Counted from the first letter of the stretch, positions 27,760-41,228 are shown. The stretch is 64,000 bases of DNA from Lama glama (GCA_028534125.1 CM052817.1:12154001-12218000), one strand, 5' to 3'. Notes: generated by a model not told the origin, from the letters alone. Numbers and translations: made by a program.

Positions 27760-27940
27760 GAGTATTGCTGTGTACATGTTTACATGTTAAATTCCCTTTA
27801 TTAAGTTAAGGACAATCCTTTGTCATCCTAGTTTGCTGAGATTTTTCCTTATGAATGGATGATAAATTTTGTCACTTTTACTTTCTGTACCTATTGACAG
27901 GATCACATGGTTTCTTCAGACTGTTAGTGTGGTGTACTAG
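27760..27940 (-). mobile_element. Old L1 ORF2 fragment
   Basis: ccctttattaagttaagga...cctagtttgctgagattttt...atgaatggatgataaattttgtca is antisense ORF2. Confidence 0.7.
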
Positions 27941-27944
27941 CTGA

Positions 27945-28485
27945 GGTCCTGTGTGAGCTATGCTCTCCAGCTAACATTCCAGTGTTGTCCCTTACTATTC
28001 TCTCCTTCTCTCTCTGCTTCAGGCACATTGTTTCCTTCCTATTTCCTGGCTACTTCATGCCTTTGGACTGTTGTATTTGTTGTTTCAATCAGTTTTCTCC
28101 CAAGACATCTACATGGGTAATATCTTAACTTCCTTAAAGTCTCTGCTCAGATTTTATCTTCTCAATGAGTCATACTGACCGTTCTATTGAATTATGTTAA
28201 CTTGAACCTGGCAGTTCTGATTCCCTGTAATTTGGCTTGATTTTTATGTAGCATTTTTACTTTCTAAGGTATTATGTAACTTACTTTACATTGTGTTCAT
28301 TGAATATTTTTCTGTTCCCCCCTTCTGTGCAAATTCTTCCTCTCTTCTTCTGCCTCCCTCCCCTACAAAAATGTAAGCTCTGTGAAGGCAAGGATTTTTA
28401 TTTCTTTTGTTTTTAGATGTACTTCAAGTACCTAGAACTGGCTCATAGTAGCTACTATGTACATATTAGTTGAATGAATGACATG
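27945..28485 (+). mobile_element. L2 3' region
   Basis: Pyrimidine-rich body, aatgtaagctctgtgaaggcaagga...cctagaac...gttgaatgaatga tail. Confidence 0.85.
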
Positions 28486-29459
28486 AACAAAATGGATACT
28501 AAATGGGTTCTGCTTTCCTTTCTGTTGGCCTTATTCTCACCTATTGCAGGTAGGGGGTATAGTCATAGGGAGCTCCATCCTTACATCAGACCACTTTAGG
28601 GAATCTAGAGGAAAGAGAGGTACAATAGATAGCCAGCTAGATAGCGGCAGACACCAAAAAGCAGTGTGAGAATTGTGATTGGTGAAGCTTGGATAGTGTT
28701 TCTAAACTTATTTTCTTGGGTAGCATGAGTAAAAGGGTCTCTCTCCATAATCAGAACCATGTGAATCTTGGGTTAGGGTGAGGTCCAGTCATTGGTCCAG
28801 AAAAAGTAATATGTTTTACTCTAAGAAAGAGCTATGGAGATGTTGGGCAAACAAAATCCACAGCTGTTCACCACTGTCTTTATTTCAATGTGACACTTCC
28901 ATGACACATTATTTGACTAGAGGGCTCAAATTTCCAGATATATCAGTCTACCTTAAATCATCTTGAAGGAGGAGTTACTCAAAAGTTGGCACAAGCTCAC
29001 TCTTCCAAGTTACTTTGTTAACCATTGAAAATTCAGAAAATTCTGTTTACATTGTTCTTTGCTTCCAAACCTTTTCAACTAACCACATTGTTAGTGCTTT
29101 CTAAATACATACCAAGAGGGATCTTGGCTAGCCACAAAGTTTATGTTTATTTTAAAGAAAGTGGCTTTAGTCAGCAAAGATAACTTTTCCATATTGGCAA
29201 AGGCCTCCACAGCTTACAGAGTTGAGAAAGGATACTAAAAATAACAAACATGAGATTTTATAATGGATGGAAAAAGTTAAGTCAAGAAAACATTACAAAA
29301 AGGAAAGTTATTCAAAATACTAGGTTTCCTATAGCATCTTAGCCTCTGTCTGAGAAGTAAAATTTTGTAGAGTGAAACAAAATATCAATTACATTATTTT
29401 ATTTGATTAATGTCTTTTAGCATTTAAATAATTCTATTTACTAATATTATTTAACATTT

Positions 29460-29640
29460 AATACATTATTTAATACTCATCACAACACAAAGAGATGGGA
29501 TTTGTTGCCCCATTTTATAGATGAGGAAACCAAATTCTCAGTGGTTTCAGCAATTTATTCAGTTTCATCCATGGCAAACTGGAGAATCAGATGAACCTAG
29601 GATTATCTGATTCTAAACTTCAATTTTCTGCATTAGACAA
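29460..29640 (-). mobile_element. MIR SINE
   Basis: ccccattttatagatgaggaaacc core in antisense. Confidence 0.75.
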
Positions 29641-31639
29641 CAATATTCTCCTAAGAGACTTAAGACTATTTTCTTCTAAATTGTAATATTGTACAGTTTA
29701 CTAAGCTAAGTAAGTTGATCGTTGCAAGACTGAACCAGGTACATTAGATTCAAAAGCTCTGTGCATTATTTTTGTATCCATCCAAAATGCAAACCATTGA
29801 AATGAAGGAAAAATCATACACGGATTCTTTCCCTTATTATTAACACAGGCCTAGAGTTAAGGATAAAGGTCAATTAGTGAAGCGCATAAATGAAAATGCA
29901 TATTTAAGCCAATCTTTATTATTGGAAAGTTGATTCCTATAATAAGAATGATTAATTACTACCTAGCAAAGTATTCCAGATGAAAAGCATTTCATTGACT
30001 ACAACATAAGTACAACATCTTATAGCGAACCTAGGAACTATTATACTGTCATTTGTAGCAAAGATTTCAAGTAGTTAAAAACTCAGTTTATTTTTATAAC
30101 AATAAACTGTTCAAGAAAAGTGTTGTTATTTTCTATTACTTGAACTAAAAATAATACCAGAAACCGTGGGACGCAGTAAAGCCAAGGGCAACAGCAACCT
30201 ATTATTTTTGAAGAATGGTCATATATTTAACTAAAAGAAATATTCCCATGGTATCTGCCTATACTGTGATATGTATGACTGCTTTCACCTCTGATGGTAA
30301 ACAGCACTGGAATTCCAGTTAGACTAATTATGAGATCTTGTTGGCTGATACTTTTCTACTAATTTGTTGGGTGAACTTGGGCAAGTCTTTTAAGTTCCCT
30401 GAGTCATTGTATCTTCATTTATTAAATTTTTCACTTTTATAAATATTTTACTGGACTACAGTAGAACTACGCGCGCACACACACACACACACAAATACAT
30501 AGTAAATTGTAAAATCCTAAACATAAAAGGGATTGTTCTTAATGCATCATTAAGTGCTCTAAAATGTATTTCAATATTTTTGCCACTGCTGTCATTGGCC
30601 AGAATTCTTGTTACCAAAACTTGTCTTACTAAACAGAAAGTCAAGGTGGGAAGTGGGGGTGGGCGAAAGGATGGCTTTATTTGTACAACATCCTTAAAGT
30701 GTTTTAGCTAGCTAGAAACTTAGACACTTCTCTTTAAAGATGTAGCAATTAATGAGAACATTTTATGTCTGTGTGTGTGAGTGTATTTCAAGGGAAGAGT
30801 TGGTAATGGTAAGAAATGTGTAGTTGTAGCGTTGGGACTTTTATTATAAAATTACTAACTAGAAATACCCAAAGGAATTTATTTTCTAAGTTAACTTCGA
30901 ACAGTATATTCAATGTTTATTTAAAGAAATAGTTACCATAGCATCCTTGCAGGAAAACCCACCAGTACCTGAAAACAAAAACAGAAATTTTAGTATTGTT
31001 CTTTAGAATAAAAAAGAGTACATGCAGCTAATATTATAAAAGCATGATTATATATGCCCCAAAATATATGTTCCAATGGGAAGATTTTCAGGAAAAAAAA
31101 ATGAATTAAATAACAGTTTTTTTTAATAAATGATATCACTTTTACTTATACAGCTAGGTAATTACATTTATGTAAATTAAAATGATATGTTTTTTCAGAA
31201 CAAATAAAATTACATTTCTCTTGATAAATCGCCTGCGTTTATCTTTAGTCCTATGACTTCCCTATAGGCACTGCGGCCTCTAACTTGCCACATTGCTTAT
31301 ATTTCTCAGAATGTGATCCCCTCCCCCCCCCAGGCAAAATTCTTTCATGGACTTTTGTTCTATACAATGACAATGACATGCCGTTTCTATAGCTCACAAC
31401 ACTTCTCAGTGTGCTCTGCTCCATTGTTTAAGATGTAGCTAAAAAGTTTTCATAGTTTGAACTGTCCTCTGCCATCTGGTAAAATGAGGAGTTTTTGTGT
31501 CTTTATAATTACTTTCATTTACTTCTGTAATAATGCTGTGTGGCTATAATTTACATGCCTGTCTCATCAACCTAACATGAGCTCCCTAGAAGAAGTGTCC
31601 ACAGAGAAAAGGATGAACAAATTTAGGCTTATTTATTTA

Positions 31640-32330
31640 CTTTTTCACTCATTGTTCATTTAAACAAATATTTTTGGAGCATTTGTCATATGTCAAGTTA
31701 GGAACCATCAGTCAAAATTTACACAGTCCTTGCCCCAATCAAACTTACGTGAACCCATCTCCCAGTAGGAAGGCTGATGTTGATCGAACAATCTTACAGC
31801 AAGTTCATTATTACAATCATTTTTAAATTCTTTGGAGGTGACCTGTGATATAGGCTATATATAGGCTACCTGTGATAGAGCAATTTGGTCTAACTCAGCA
31901 TATCAGAAAAGCACCCATAAGAAAAGATCTTATGATAGGTTAGAGAACTGAAACAGAGAAAGCAAAGAGGAATCTTGCAGGAGAGGAGCCGAGAGAGAGG
32001 TCAGGAGTACCGGAGTACTGTCTCTATCCCAAAAGAAATAGAAAATGGCTTGAAGTTTTAAAGGGAGGTGGCAACATCAGCAAAGAACAAAATCATATTG
32101 TCTTCAGTTTGTGTGAGGCAAATGTCAGATGTCACGTGGTGCCCGGTGAGAGGTGATGGTAATTTGGATTAGATGCAGAGAACAAGCCAGATTCGAGATA
32201 TACTTAGCAGGTGACACTAATGAGACTTTTTGATGGATTAAGGGATTGAGGGAGCTCCAGATGCCAGGGATGCTGTCCAGCCTTCTGGCTTGAGTCCCGC
32301 TGACAGTCTTAGACTGGGAGCGCCTAAAAG
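31640..32330 (-). mobile_element. L2 fossil
   Basis: ttcactcattgttcatttaaacaaatatttttggagc tail followed by a purine-rich L2 body. Confidence 0.65.
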
Positions 32331-33074
32331 CAGAAAGTGGCTCTGATTCAGCCTCACAACTTCTTTATAAGCCTTGCTCTTGCTCGGTGCCTTGGACATT
32401 ATTTTGACTGTTTATTTTTAGTGTTTACAGCAACTACTGTGGTCATGCACTGTATCTGGTAATTTTTCTTTTTTCAACTTGAAAATAGGGCAGATTCCTT
32501 CCCTTAAGATACTTATTATGGTTTAATGAGGTACAGAACTTTTACATATGGCCTCTAATTCTCTCATGGTGTAGTATTCTAGGTATGATCATTAAAGATG
32601 GTATCTTGGGGGTCACAAGGGCATAAAAGACTTACTACAAACAAGAAAATGTGAGAAGAAAAGTATAATGGACGTAATGAAATGTAAGTATGGCCTTGAG
32701 GGATAAATATGATTTTGAAAGGCAGCTGCAAGTGTTCTGGCAAAGTGAACATCTTGAACAATGTCATGGAGGAGAGAATACAGGGACCAACCCAAGAGTA
32801 AGAAACAGTCTAATTTGGTGGGGACACAGTGTTTGAGATAAAAAAGAGACCACTAGAAGTATTGATGTGGGTTTTGACTGATAACATGAGGCTTGTTTAC
32901 TTAATTTAGTAGGTGGAACATGTTTTAAGTTAGATAGAATAATTAGAATTGGGATGGAGGAGACACAAGATACTGGAAGATATTAGATACAAACAAAAAT
33001 ATTTACTTGGTGTGTGGCCAATATAATTTTTTTGATGGAATTTGAGGATCAGAGAGGAAGAAATGCTGAAATAT

Positions 33075-33475
33075 TAGTAAAAATGATGCTAGATTCTGTC
33101 ACAAATAACCTGCAAATTCATATGGCTTGATAAAATAGAACTCTTATTTCTCACACAACTTTCCAAAGCAGCTGATTGTGGCTGATGACTGTCTTTGAGC
33201 CATGTGGTGACACAGGGATCCCAAAAGTGCCATCTTGTGACTCTGCAGTACCCTAATGCCTTGGAATCACTGCATCCAGTTGGCAGAAGGGGAAATAAAG
33301 CATTAAGGTATATTTTCTAAAAGCTCCATCCTGAAAATTATACATATAACTTCCACTTACATTGCATTATCTGGTAGTCCCACAGCCAAATCTGAATACA
33401 AAGGTAGTGAAATATAATTGAGTCACACATCCAGGCAAAGAAGAAGAAAACAGGTTCAAAGAGACTGCTAGCTCT
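33075..33475 (-). mobile_element. Old MaLR LTR (MLT1J-like)
   Basis: gccatcttgtgactctgca...aacttccacttacattgcatt...agccaaatctgaatacaaagg. Diverged. Confidence 0.6.
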
Positions 33476-33565
33476 CTCTTCAAGATAATCTCAAAGATTC
33501 TAGCATGTGTCTGTACATTGATGTTGGTGTCCCTAGTTACTGTAAACAACACACAAGAACAGTGG

Positions 33566-33945
33566 GGTGCATGTATCTTTTCGAATTTTAGTTTTCTATG
33601 AATATATGCCCAGGAGTCGGATTGCTGGATCTTATGGCAGCTCTATTTTTGTTTTTTAAGGAGTTTGTTAGTTTTTTAAGGAACCTCTATACTGTTTTCC
33701 ATAGTGGATGTACCAATTTACATTCTCATCAACAGTATAGGAGGGTTCCCTTTTCACATACAATCTCCAGAATTTATTTGTAGACTTTTTAATGATGGCC
33801 ATTCTGACTGGTTCGAGGATAAATTAGGAATTGGAGATAAGTAGACACTAACTACTATATATAAAACAGATAATCAAGGCCCTACTGTATAGTGCAGGAA
33901 CTCTATTCAATATCCTGTAATAAGCCATAATAGAAAAGAATATGG

Positions 33946-34002
<57 letters not shown>

Positions 34003-34096
34003 GTACATACACACATATGTAATTGAATTGCTTTGCTGTACACCAGAAATTAACACAACATTGTAAATCAACTATAATTCAATTAGAAAATACACA
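33566..34096 (+). mobile_element. 5'-inverted L1 insertion: antisense ORF2 end (33566-about 33818) joined to sense 3' UTR (about 33819-34096), with TSD
   Basis: Both segments match L1 in opposite orientations. Flanking 13-bp direct repeat acaagaacagtgg (33553-33565) / acaagaaaagtgg (34097-34109). Internal (TA)n at about 33949-33996. Confidence 0.88.
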
Positions 34097-34377
34097 ACAA
34101 GAAAAGTGGTACTAGGATGCCAAATATGTTTAATATGAAGTTTTGTAGGAATTTTATTGGAGATTTCCAGCAGAAATTTGGTTGATAAGTCTGAAACTTG
34201 GGAAACACATTTGGGCTGCTTTTTGAATATGGGGAAGAATATCTAGGCTAAGCTGACTCTTGTAGAATTTATTCAATCAGTAACAGTATGTTGGTGCTAC
34301 AAATATAGTGATGGATGAAATAGACAAGATCTCATCTTTTTAGTGAAAAAGGAAATTGACAAGAGAGCAGTTTAAGT

Positions 34378-34785
34378 CAGCACTGTCCAATAGAAGCCTC
34401 TGTGATGATGAATGTGCTTTATTTCTTTTTTTTTGTTTTGATTTTTTTCTTTTTTTAAACTTTTTTTATTGAGTTATAGTCATTTTACAATGTTGTGTCA
34501 AATTCCAGTGTAGAGCACAATTTTTCAGTTATACATGAACATATGTATATTTATTGTCCCATTTTTCTTCTCTGTGAGCTACAAGATCTTGTAGATATTT
34601 CCCTGTGCTGTACAGTATAATCTTGTTTATCTATTCTACATATGCCTATATTCTATTTCTGTTTTGTTCAGTATGGTAACCACTAGCCGCCACCTGTAGC
34701 TCTTGAAGACTTGAAATATGACCAATGTGACTAAGGATGCAAATGTCAAATTTTATTTAATTTTAGTTAATTTAAACTTAAAATC
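34378..34785 (+). mobile_element. MER3 (hAT-Charlie) split by an L1 insertion
   Basis: cagcactgtccaatagaa...tgatgatg (34378-34425) continues as tatggtaaccactagcc...cttgaaat...ttttatttaattttagttaatttaaa (34648-34785). Confidence 0.8.
34426..34647 (-). mobile_element. 5'-truncated lineage-specific L1 3' end inserted in MER3
   Basis: T-rich tail, then tttattgagttatagtcattttacaatgttgtgtcaaattccagtgtagagcaca...ttccctgtgctgtacagtataatcttgtttatct. tatttct is repeated on both flanks. Confidence 0.88.
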
Positions 34786-35804
34786 TCAATAGATTGAAAT
34801 CCCAAATGGACAAAGACTATATTTCAGCTCAAGTGAACAATAACAATCTACAGCAATGAGAGTGAACATCTCTGGAGTGCTTACCATATGCCAAGTGCAA
34901 CTCAAAGCACTTTGTATGTATTAACCAACTTAACCTTCATAACAGCCCTGTGAAGTTAGTGATATTATTATAATTATCTTTTTTTTTTGGCAAGGGAACT
35001 AAAGCACAGAGTTGTGAGATCGATTACCTGCTCTTAGAAAATACACAGTCCAATGCAGGAACTAGACAAACAGATAATTCTTTTGCAGTGTTGCTAAGAG
35101 TGGTGAAAGAAACCAGCAGGCACCCATAATAAACTGGGAAGCAAAAACTGGAATTCACCCAATGAAGGAGTTGTAGAGGCTAAGACGAAAAGTGGACTAT
35201 ACTAGGTATGAACTAAGCCTACTTAATAAAATCTTTATAAAGACCCAGTCAGTGTTCTTCCTTCTTTTCTCTATCCTAGAATTGCAGGATGTTCACAATA
35301 CTCCTTTACCCATTGGCAAATGCCCAGTTGTTTTTGACTTTAATCCGACTTTGGACTGCAGTATGTAGAGCCCCCGGCAACATGGAAATATTGGAATATC
35401 AGAACTGAAAGTTCTTTCTCCTCTCCTGCCCTCTGCCTTCAGTTGGTCGGACTCTCAGTCTGCTTAAAGCTGGAAGTAGCTACCATGGCCCAGCTGCCCT
35501 TTCCTCGGAATAGGTCATCTTGCCTGGAGCTGAGCTCAGCCCATTTCCATGCATCATTAAGACTGGATAATGATTAGCTAAATTATTCCTTCTCTAAGCT
35601 TAATGAGCTGTGAGGTGATACATTTGTAGTTCATTCTAAAACATATAAAAGTAGATGAAGTTTTTGTTCAGAAAATCTTCCTCTAGAAACCATTCACTTG
35701 GCTCCTCCTTTGTCATCTTAGAGAAGTGTTGCCCACATGGTAACCCAAATCTTTGATGAACTAGTAACTTTGAGATGATAACAGGTGACTTCTTTAGTTT
35801 ACAC

Positions 35805-35843
<39 letters not shown>

Positions 35844-35846
35844 GTA
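35805..35846. repeat. (TA)/(TG)n microsatellite
   Basis: Seen directly. Confidence 0.9.
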
Positions 35847-36219
35847 CATTCATTTTATGAAAATGTGACAATGTAGGGTCCTGGAGGTCTCTCTCCTGGG
35901 ATAGTAATAAATAACTTTCTTTTTTGTTGTTATTCTTTTCACGTTCCCTTTGAATTAGTCTTTTGTTTATGCCTTGCTGGTATGTTCAATGTAAATTTTT
36001 CTTCTATCTCAATTTATGCAATATAATATATTTCTGAAGAGTTACATTCCCATCTTGTCTTTGCAAATGAGTGAAGAAACTTAGTGTTTAAGTGAGTTAT
36101 ATGTGCATTATCACGTATGACTGTGTGTGTTTAAATTTGCATAGAGTTTGACATTATTTAAAGAAAAGTGACAACTGGATTTGCAAATGTCACATTTTGT
36201 GCCAGAAACTTGGTGTGTT

Positions 36220-36618
36220 TGTTAGGGTAGGCTCAGCTGTGGAAACAAAAATATCATTGGCTTGACAAAGCAGAAGTGTGTTTCTTCTTCATGTAATGGT
36301 CTTGGGAGGTTGTTCCAGTATATAGAGGGACTCTCCTCCCCTGAGCCCTGCTGGCACCCTGTGCCCCTAGCTTGGGGCCCTGTCACTTCACAGGGCAAAA
36401 GAGGAAAGGAAGTATGGATGTGGAACACTAACTTGCTTAAGAATTCTGGCCAAGAATTTTCCCACATCATTTGTGCTCACATTCTAAGGCTGAGAGCCTA
36501 AGTTTTGATCTAAATGCAAGGGAGTTTGGGAAATTCGGTCTAGATTTGCATCCAGCTAAGATCCCCATTTGATGGAAGGAGAATATTGATTTTGGTGAGC
36601 AGTTGAGTTTCTGTCACA
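36220..36618 (-). mobile_element. Old MaLR LTR (MLT1J/K-like)
   Basis: gttagggtaggctcagctgtggaaacaaa...cacatcatttgtgctcacattc...tgcaagggagtttgggaaat...ttctgtcaca. Confidence 0.65.
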
Positions 36619-36755
36619 TTCTGGATATGTAAAACATGGTACAGATCCAATTGGCATGGCTTCTGCTTTTTTAAAAATAAAAATATTACCTTTACCTTTC
36701 AGATGTTCCAAACTTATACTGTCTGATTGTCTCCCCCATTCCTCTGGCTTCTCTT

Positions 36756-36758
<3 letters not shown>

Positions 36759-36819
<61 letters not shown>
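36759..36819. repeat. Compound (AC)n(AT)n microsatellite
   Basis: Seen directly. Confidence 0.95.
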
Positions 36820-37281
36820 AATTTATATAATTAAATATATCTGTTTAATTTATCTGCCCTTGAAATGCTTTGATTTCTCTAATTTACTCTAGGCTCCAAA
36901 CCTCACACACAGAAGTAGATCAATCTTTATAAAGTTTATCCCATTCCTCTCTTATGACTATTCTTTCTACCACTGCCTTTCAGACTTTGAGTCCATCTTA
37001 ACTGAACTCTGCTATCAGTCCCCCAGGGAGACTTCCTGACTCCTACCTTCTTCTCCTCCAATCCATCCAGCACGCTGCTTCTAGATTAAATCTGCACAAT
37101 GCCCCAACACCCCAAATCCCTAGTTCAAAATGTATGGTGATTTCTCACCATACGTTTTGAATTTGGATTTGCCTCACCCTAAGAGTCAAGGTGCTTCTCA
37201 GCATGGAACCAATCTGCCTTCCATGTACTGCCTTAAATTCTATAGAATACACTGTGATGCAGTAATTTACCATAATCCATG

Positions 37282-37777
37282 TTTATTGTTTTTTTTAAAT
37301 CACAGCTCTCGCAAATTACCTGAAATTTAGTAGCTTAGGACTAGATAAATTTATTTCCTTGTAGTTCCAGAGGTCAAAATTCAAATGAGTCTAACTGGGC
37401 TAAAATCAAAGTGCCATCCTGTCTGTGTTTCTTTCTTGGAGGCTAGAGAAGAGGGTCTATTTTCCTGCTTTTTTAGCTTTTAGAAACTGCCCCTGTGCCT
37501 TGGCTTGTGGTCTCCTTCCTCCATCCTCAAAACCTACGAATTCATCACTCTAACCTTGTTTCTTTTGTAATCACTTTCTCTGTTTCTCTCTTTTGGTTAC
37601 ACTGAGACCATCCAGATAATCTAGGATAATATCCCTGTCTTAAAGACAGGTATCAGTAACATTAATTTCATCTACAACCTTAATTCCCCTTTGCCATGCA
37701 ACCTGACGTATTCACATATTCTGGGGATTGGGACATGGGTACCTTTTGGAAGAGGCATTATAATTCTGTCTACCATA
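37282..37777 (-). mobile_element. MaLR solo LTR (MLT1D-like) inserted in an L2 (L2 pieces at about 36960-37270 and 37785-38150)
   Basis: gggctaaaatcaaagtg...ccttggcttgtggtctccttcctccatc...ccagataatctaggataat...ttctggggattgggacatggg...attctgtctaccata. Candidate 5-bp TSD ccatg (37277-37281 / 37778-37782). Confidence 0.85.
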
Positions 37778-38974
37778 CCATGTTCCCCCTGTTCTTGACT
37801 CCTGCTTACTCTGGCCCCTCCTTTCTTCCCTTCCCCCCACCTCAGAATGTTCTCTCTAAGCCACTTTACCTTTTGAAACCCTATCCATCCTCCATCCTCA
37901 AATTTCATTTCATATTTAGCTTCCTCTCCAAATTCTACTCACTGGGAGAAAGTCCATCCTTTTATTTTGTTACCTTTTAAACACATTTCCTGCTTTACTT
38001 AGAATTTTAACTTTTAAAAAATTGAGTGCATTTTGAGTTATCGCTGTGGGTCGATTGCATTCTTCTCGGAGGGAAGGCATTATGCTTTGTTCACTTTTTA
38101 TAGGCTTCGTAGACTTTGAGAATATTCTTGCACATAATAACCACACATGTAATTTTTGTCACATCAAATAGAATTTGCTCATTTACCACAAGCAGCACAG
38201 GGGCACAGTAGCATGAAGCAATCCTTTAAGAGCGGGGAACCCATAAGTAACTTGCATGTGTTTAAGGAATGCTTCTGATGTGGCGTTTGCAAGAGATGTC
38301 TAGTTAAATTTTTCTCCTCATAGTGATTTGATTTCATGCCGCTCCTCTCCTGTATGGACTCACGAATAGACATGAAGATATCATCTTTGACAGCATTTAT
38401 TTGCCGTCTCCTTAAAATGGATTCTCTGGGGAAATAGGATTTAGACATTAGTGTGAAGATTTTCTCACAACAGAAGTGCTTACAGAGTTTCCCCCTGTGT
38501 GAGTTCCCTGGTGAATGACAAAGTCGATTTCCAAACTCATTTTTTCTGTAAGTATCCAAAGTATAGATTTCTTCCCATGGGAACCCCTTGGTTGGCCTTT
38601 TGACAAACTAGCTTCTCAGTCTTTCAGCCTGTTGTGGCTTTTGCCTTATACTTTGATCAAATGTTGACTTAGCTTACCTAAATCTTATTTTAAATCACAC
38701 TCTTAAATAATTTTTCTTTGCTTTAGGGATTTCCTGTAAATACTAGGTTATCTATCTCTCTCAGATTTTGAGGCTCGATATAATTAATTTCTTTAACTGA
38801 GTTTTTATTGAAAGTCTTCTTAAACTTTATTTAACTCTTTAATTCAAAACTAAACTTCACATTTATATATGATCTCATGAGAGTATGTGTTTTGTGAACC
38901 CAGTTGCTTCCTCTTGTTTAAGTGGGGCAGGGACCGTGGAATTCATTGTCTAAGCAACGTTAATTGGGCTAGAT

Positions 38975-39157
38975 AATTGGTTCTCCAATGAGTTTGCAGC
39001 ACATGCATTAGAATCACCCAGGCAACTCGTCAGATCTGAGAGTTAAGGGGTTTTTTTACCCCTAGAGTTTCTGGGATTGGCTGAGAATTGGCATTTTTAT
39101 CAGGTTCTCAGGTACTGTTGATGCTGCAGGTTGGGGACCACACTTTGAGAAACACTG
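38975..39157. mobile_element. MER5A-like hAT MITE
   Basis: tggttctc...gcattagaatcacc...tgatgctgcaggttggggaccacactttgagaaacactg. Confidence 0.8.
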
Positions 39158-39989
39158 ACATAGTTAACATGCCTCAGGAAGAGCCATTTAAAGATGAGTA
39201 AGAAAATGTATTGATTTACTTATTAACTTATTCATTCATTCATTCATTCATTCTTTTAAGAAATATTGATTGTGTACCTACTATATCTGATTCCAAAATT
39301 TATCTTCTTTGCTTTATATTCATTTCATCTATTTGGAAGGCAATATGGAAGTGTCTATATTTTACATAAATTAAATATTTAAGATAATTACATTAACATC
39401 TAAATTGATTATATGCTTTTTACAAAATGTAACTCAATTCAATGATTATTGAGTGCTTACGTTAGGTAAGGCTTGTACTAGCAACAGAGAACAAAATAAG
39501 AAATTAAAAATATTAGCTATATTGACATGCCTCTCCACTTCTCTGAATTCTCCCATGTGTCATGTATAGATTTGTGAATTTGGCTGTTGACCTCATTATA
39601 ATAAAATCTAATTATTAGTCTATATCTGTTATGTTATTGTTATGAATTGTGCTAATTGAGTTTTATTTGCCTTTCTTGTTTGTTCTAGCTTTTGCTGCTA
39701 GAGCTAACTAGAGAAAGAAACACTGCTGGGTGCAAAAACATGAAGTGTATGAAAATGCTATATTAAATCTATACTGATTTTCATTTATTTTTGTTGTATT
39801 TATATCCATAGGCTTTTATTTATTATTCAAACATTAGAGTAAAATAAAAAGGAAGAATCTTGAGAAGAAAATAAATGACTCAAAACCCAAGTTCATTAAT
39901 AGCTTTGTGTGCATAGGTGTATGTATATGTGTGCATTCGTGTGTGTGTACACTTGAATGTTGCCTGCTGCTACTTGTCTGTATGCATAT

Positions 39990-40520
39990 TTCTTTGTTAT
40001 AATCTTGAGGTATTCATAGTTTTTATTTCGCATTTTTACTTATATTATAAACTATGTCCCATTTTCTATGATCTTCATAATTATTTAAACGGCTCCATGA
40101 ATTTTTATTTAGATAAAATTGAACAGCATTTCATTTCCCTTTGCTTCAAACATATAAATCCTTCTATTTCTCTAATTTAGAAAAAATAGAAAATATTCTT
40201 ATAAATATTGCTAGTAGACAGGTTCTATGGTCAAAGTTATGAATATTTTTATGACTTTTTAAATGGGAATCTTATTATATATAATATAGACACTGGCTTA
40301 TAAAGATAATTTTAAAAGTTTATAATCATTGTAAATTTATGATTTTTAGTCAATTGATAGAATTTAAATGTGCTTTTTATTTTTAATTTATGTGGATTTC
40401 ATTACCAATGAATTTAATCATTATGCTATGTTGATTTATAATTTTTTACTATTCTTAGACAAAGAGCTCATTTAAATTAATAGAATATGCTTTATTTATT
40501 TATCTATTTATTTTTAGTGG
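39990..40520 (-). mobile_element. Highly decayed ancient L1 (L1ME-like), AT-rich
   Basis: T-rich tract with weak antisense L1 3'-end similarity (ctatggtcaaagttatgaatattttta; gatttcattaccaatgaattt). Confidence 0.45.
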
Positions 40521-40874
40521 ATTAGACTGCTTTTTATAGTTGTGGATTCCCATTATAAACCTTAACCTCATTTCAAGTTTATATAAGCACTAAATAGAAA
40601 GTGCATATTCAACTATAAATTGAAACTACATTTTCAAATTAAAATGAATATTTTTCTTATCAACCATTTAGCATTCAAAAAGCAAAAATATCTATAATAA
40701 GTCACTCCAAGAAAGTTCACTTTAGTAGTAATGTAAGAAATTAATTAAAAAAAAAACTCTTATAAGGTAAAAATGCATGCAAAATAGCATTACCACGAGG
40801 TTTTTCTATTGTCTGATAGATGACTGCATAAAACTACAGTGGGAATGTTTGAAAAAGAAACATTTTTAATTGTA

Positions 40875-41228
40875 TTAATCCCCAGTGTGACTGTATTTGC
40901 AGACAGGGGTTTTAGGAACAAATTAAGGTTAAATTAGGTCATAAGGGTGGGGTCTTAATCCAATAGGACTGATGGTCTTACAGGAAAATAATGAGATCTC
41001 TCTGTCTCTGTGTCTGTCTCTTTACATGTGTGCACTGAGTAAAGGCCATGTGAGGACATGGTGTAAGGTGGCTGTCTGCAAGCCAGGTTAAAGAGCCCTC
41101 CTCAGAGCTGGACCTTGCTGGCATCCTGATCTCGGACTCCCAGGCTCCAAAACTGGGAGATTTATTTCTGTAGTTAAAACCACTCAGGCTATGGTATTGC
41201 ATTATGACAACCTGAGCAAACGAACACA
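40875..41228 (+). mobile_element. MaLR LTR (MLT1B-like), 5' end missing
   Basis: taatccccagtgtgactgtatttg...aaggttaaattaggtcataagggtggggtc...ccttgctggcatcctgatctcggactccc...gcaaacgaacaca. Confidence 0.9.

Noticed and set aside
38179..38559. 126-aa Cys/His-containing minus-strand ORF
   Set aside because: It has a TTG start, no zinc-finger spacing or family match that I can recognise, and no supporting exon structure on that strand.
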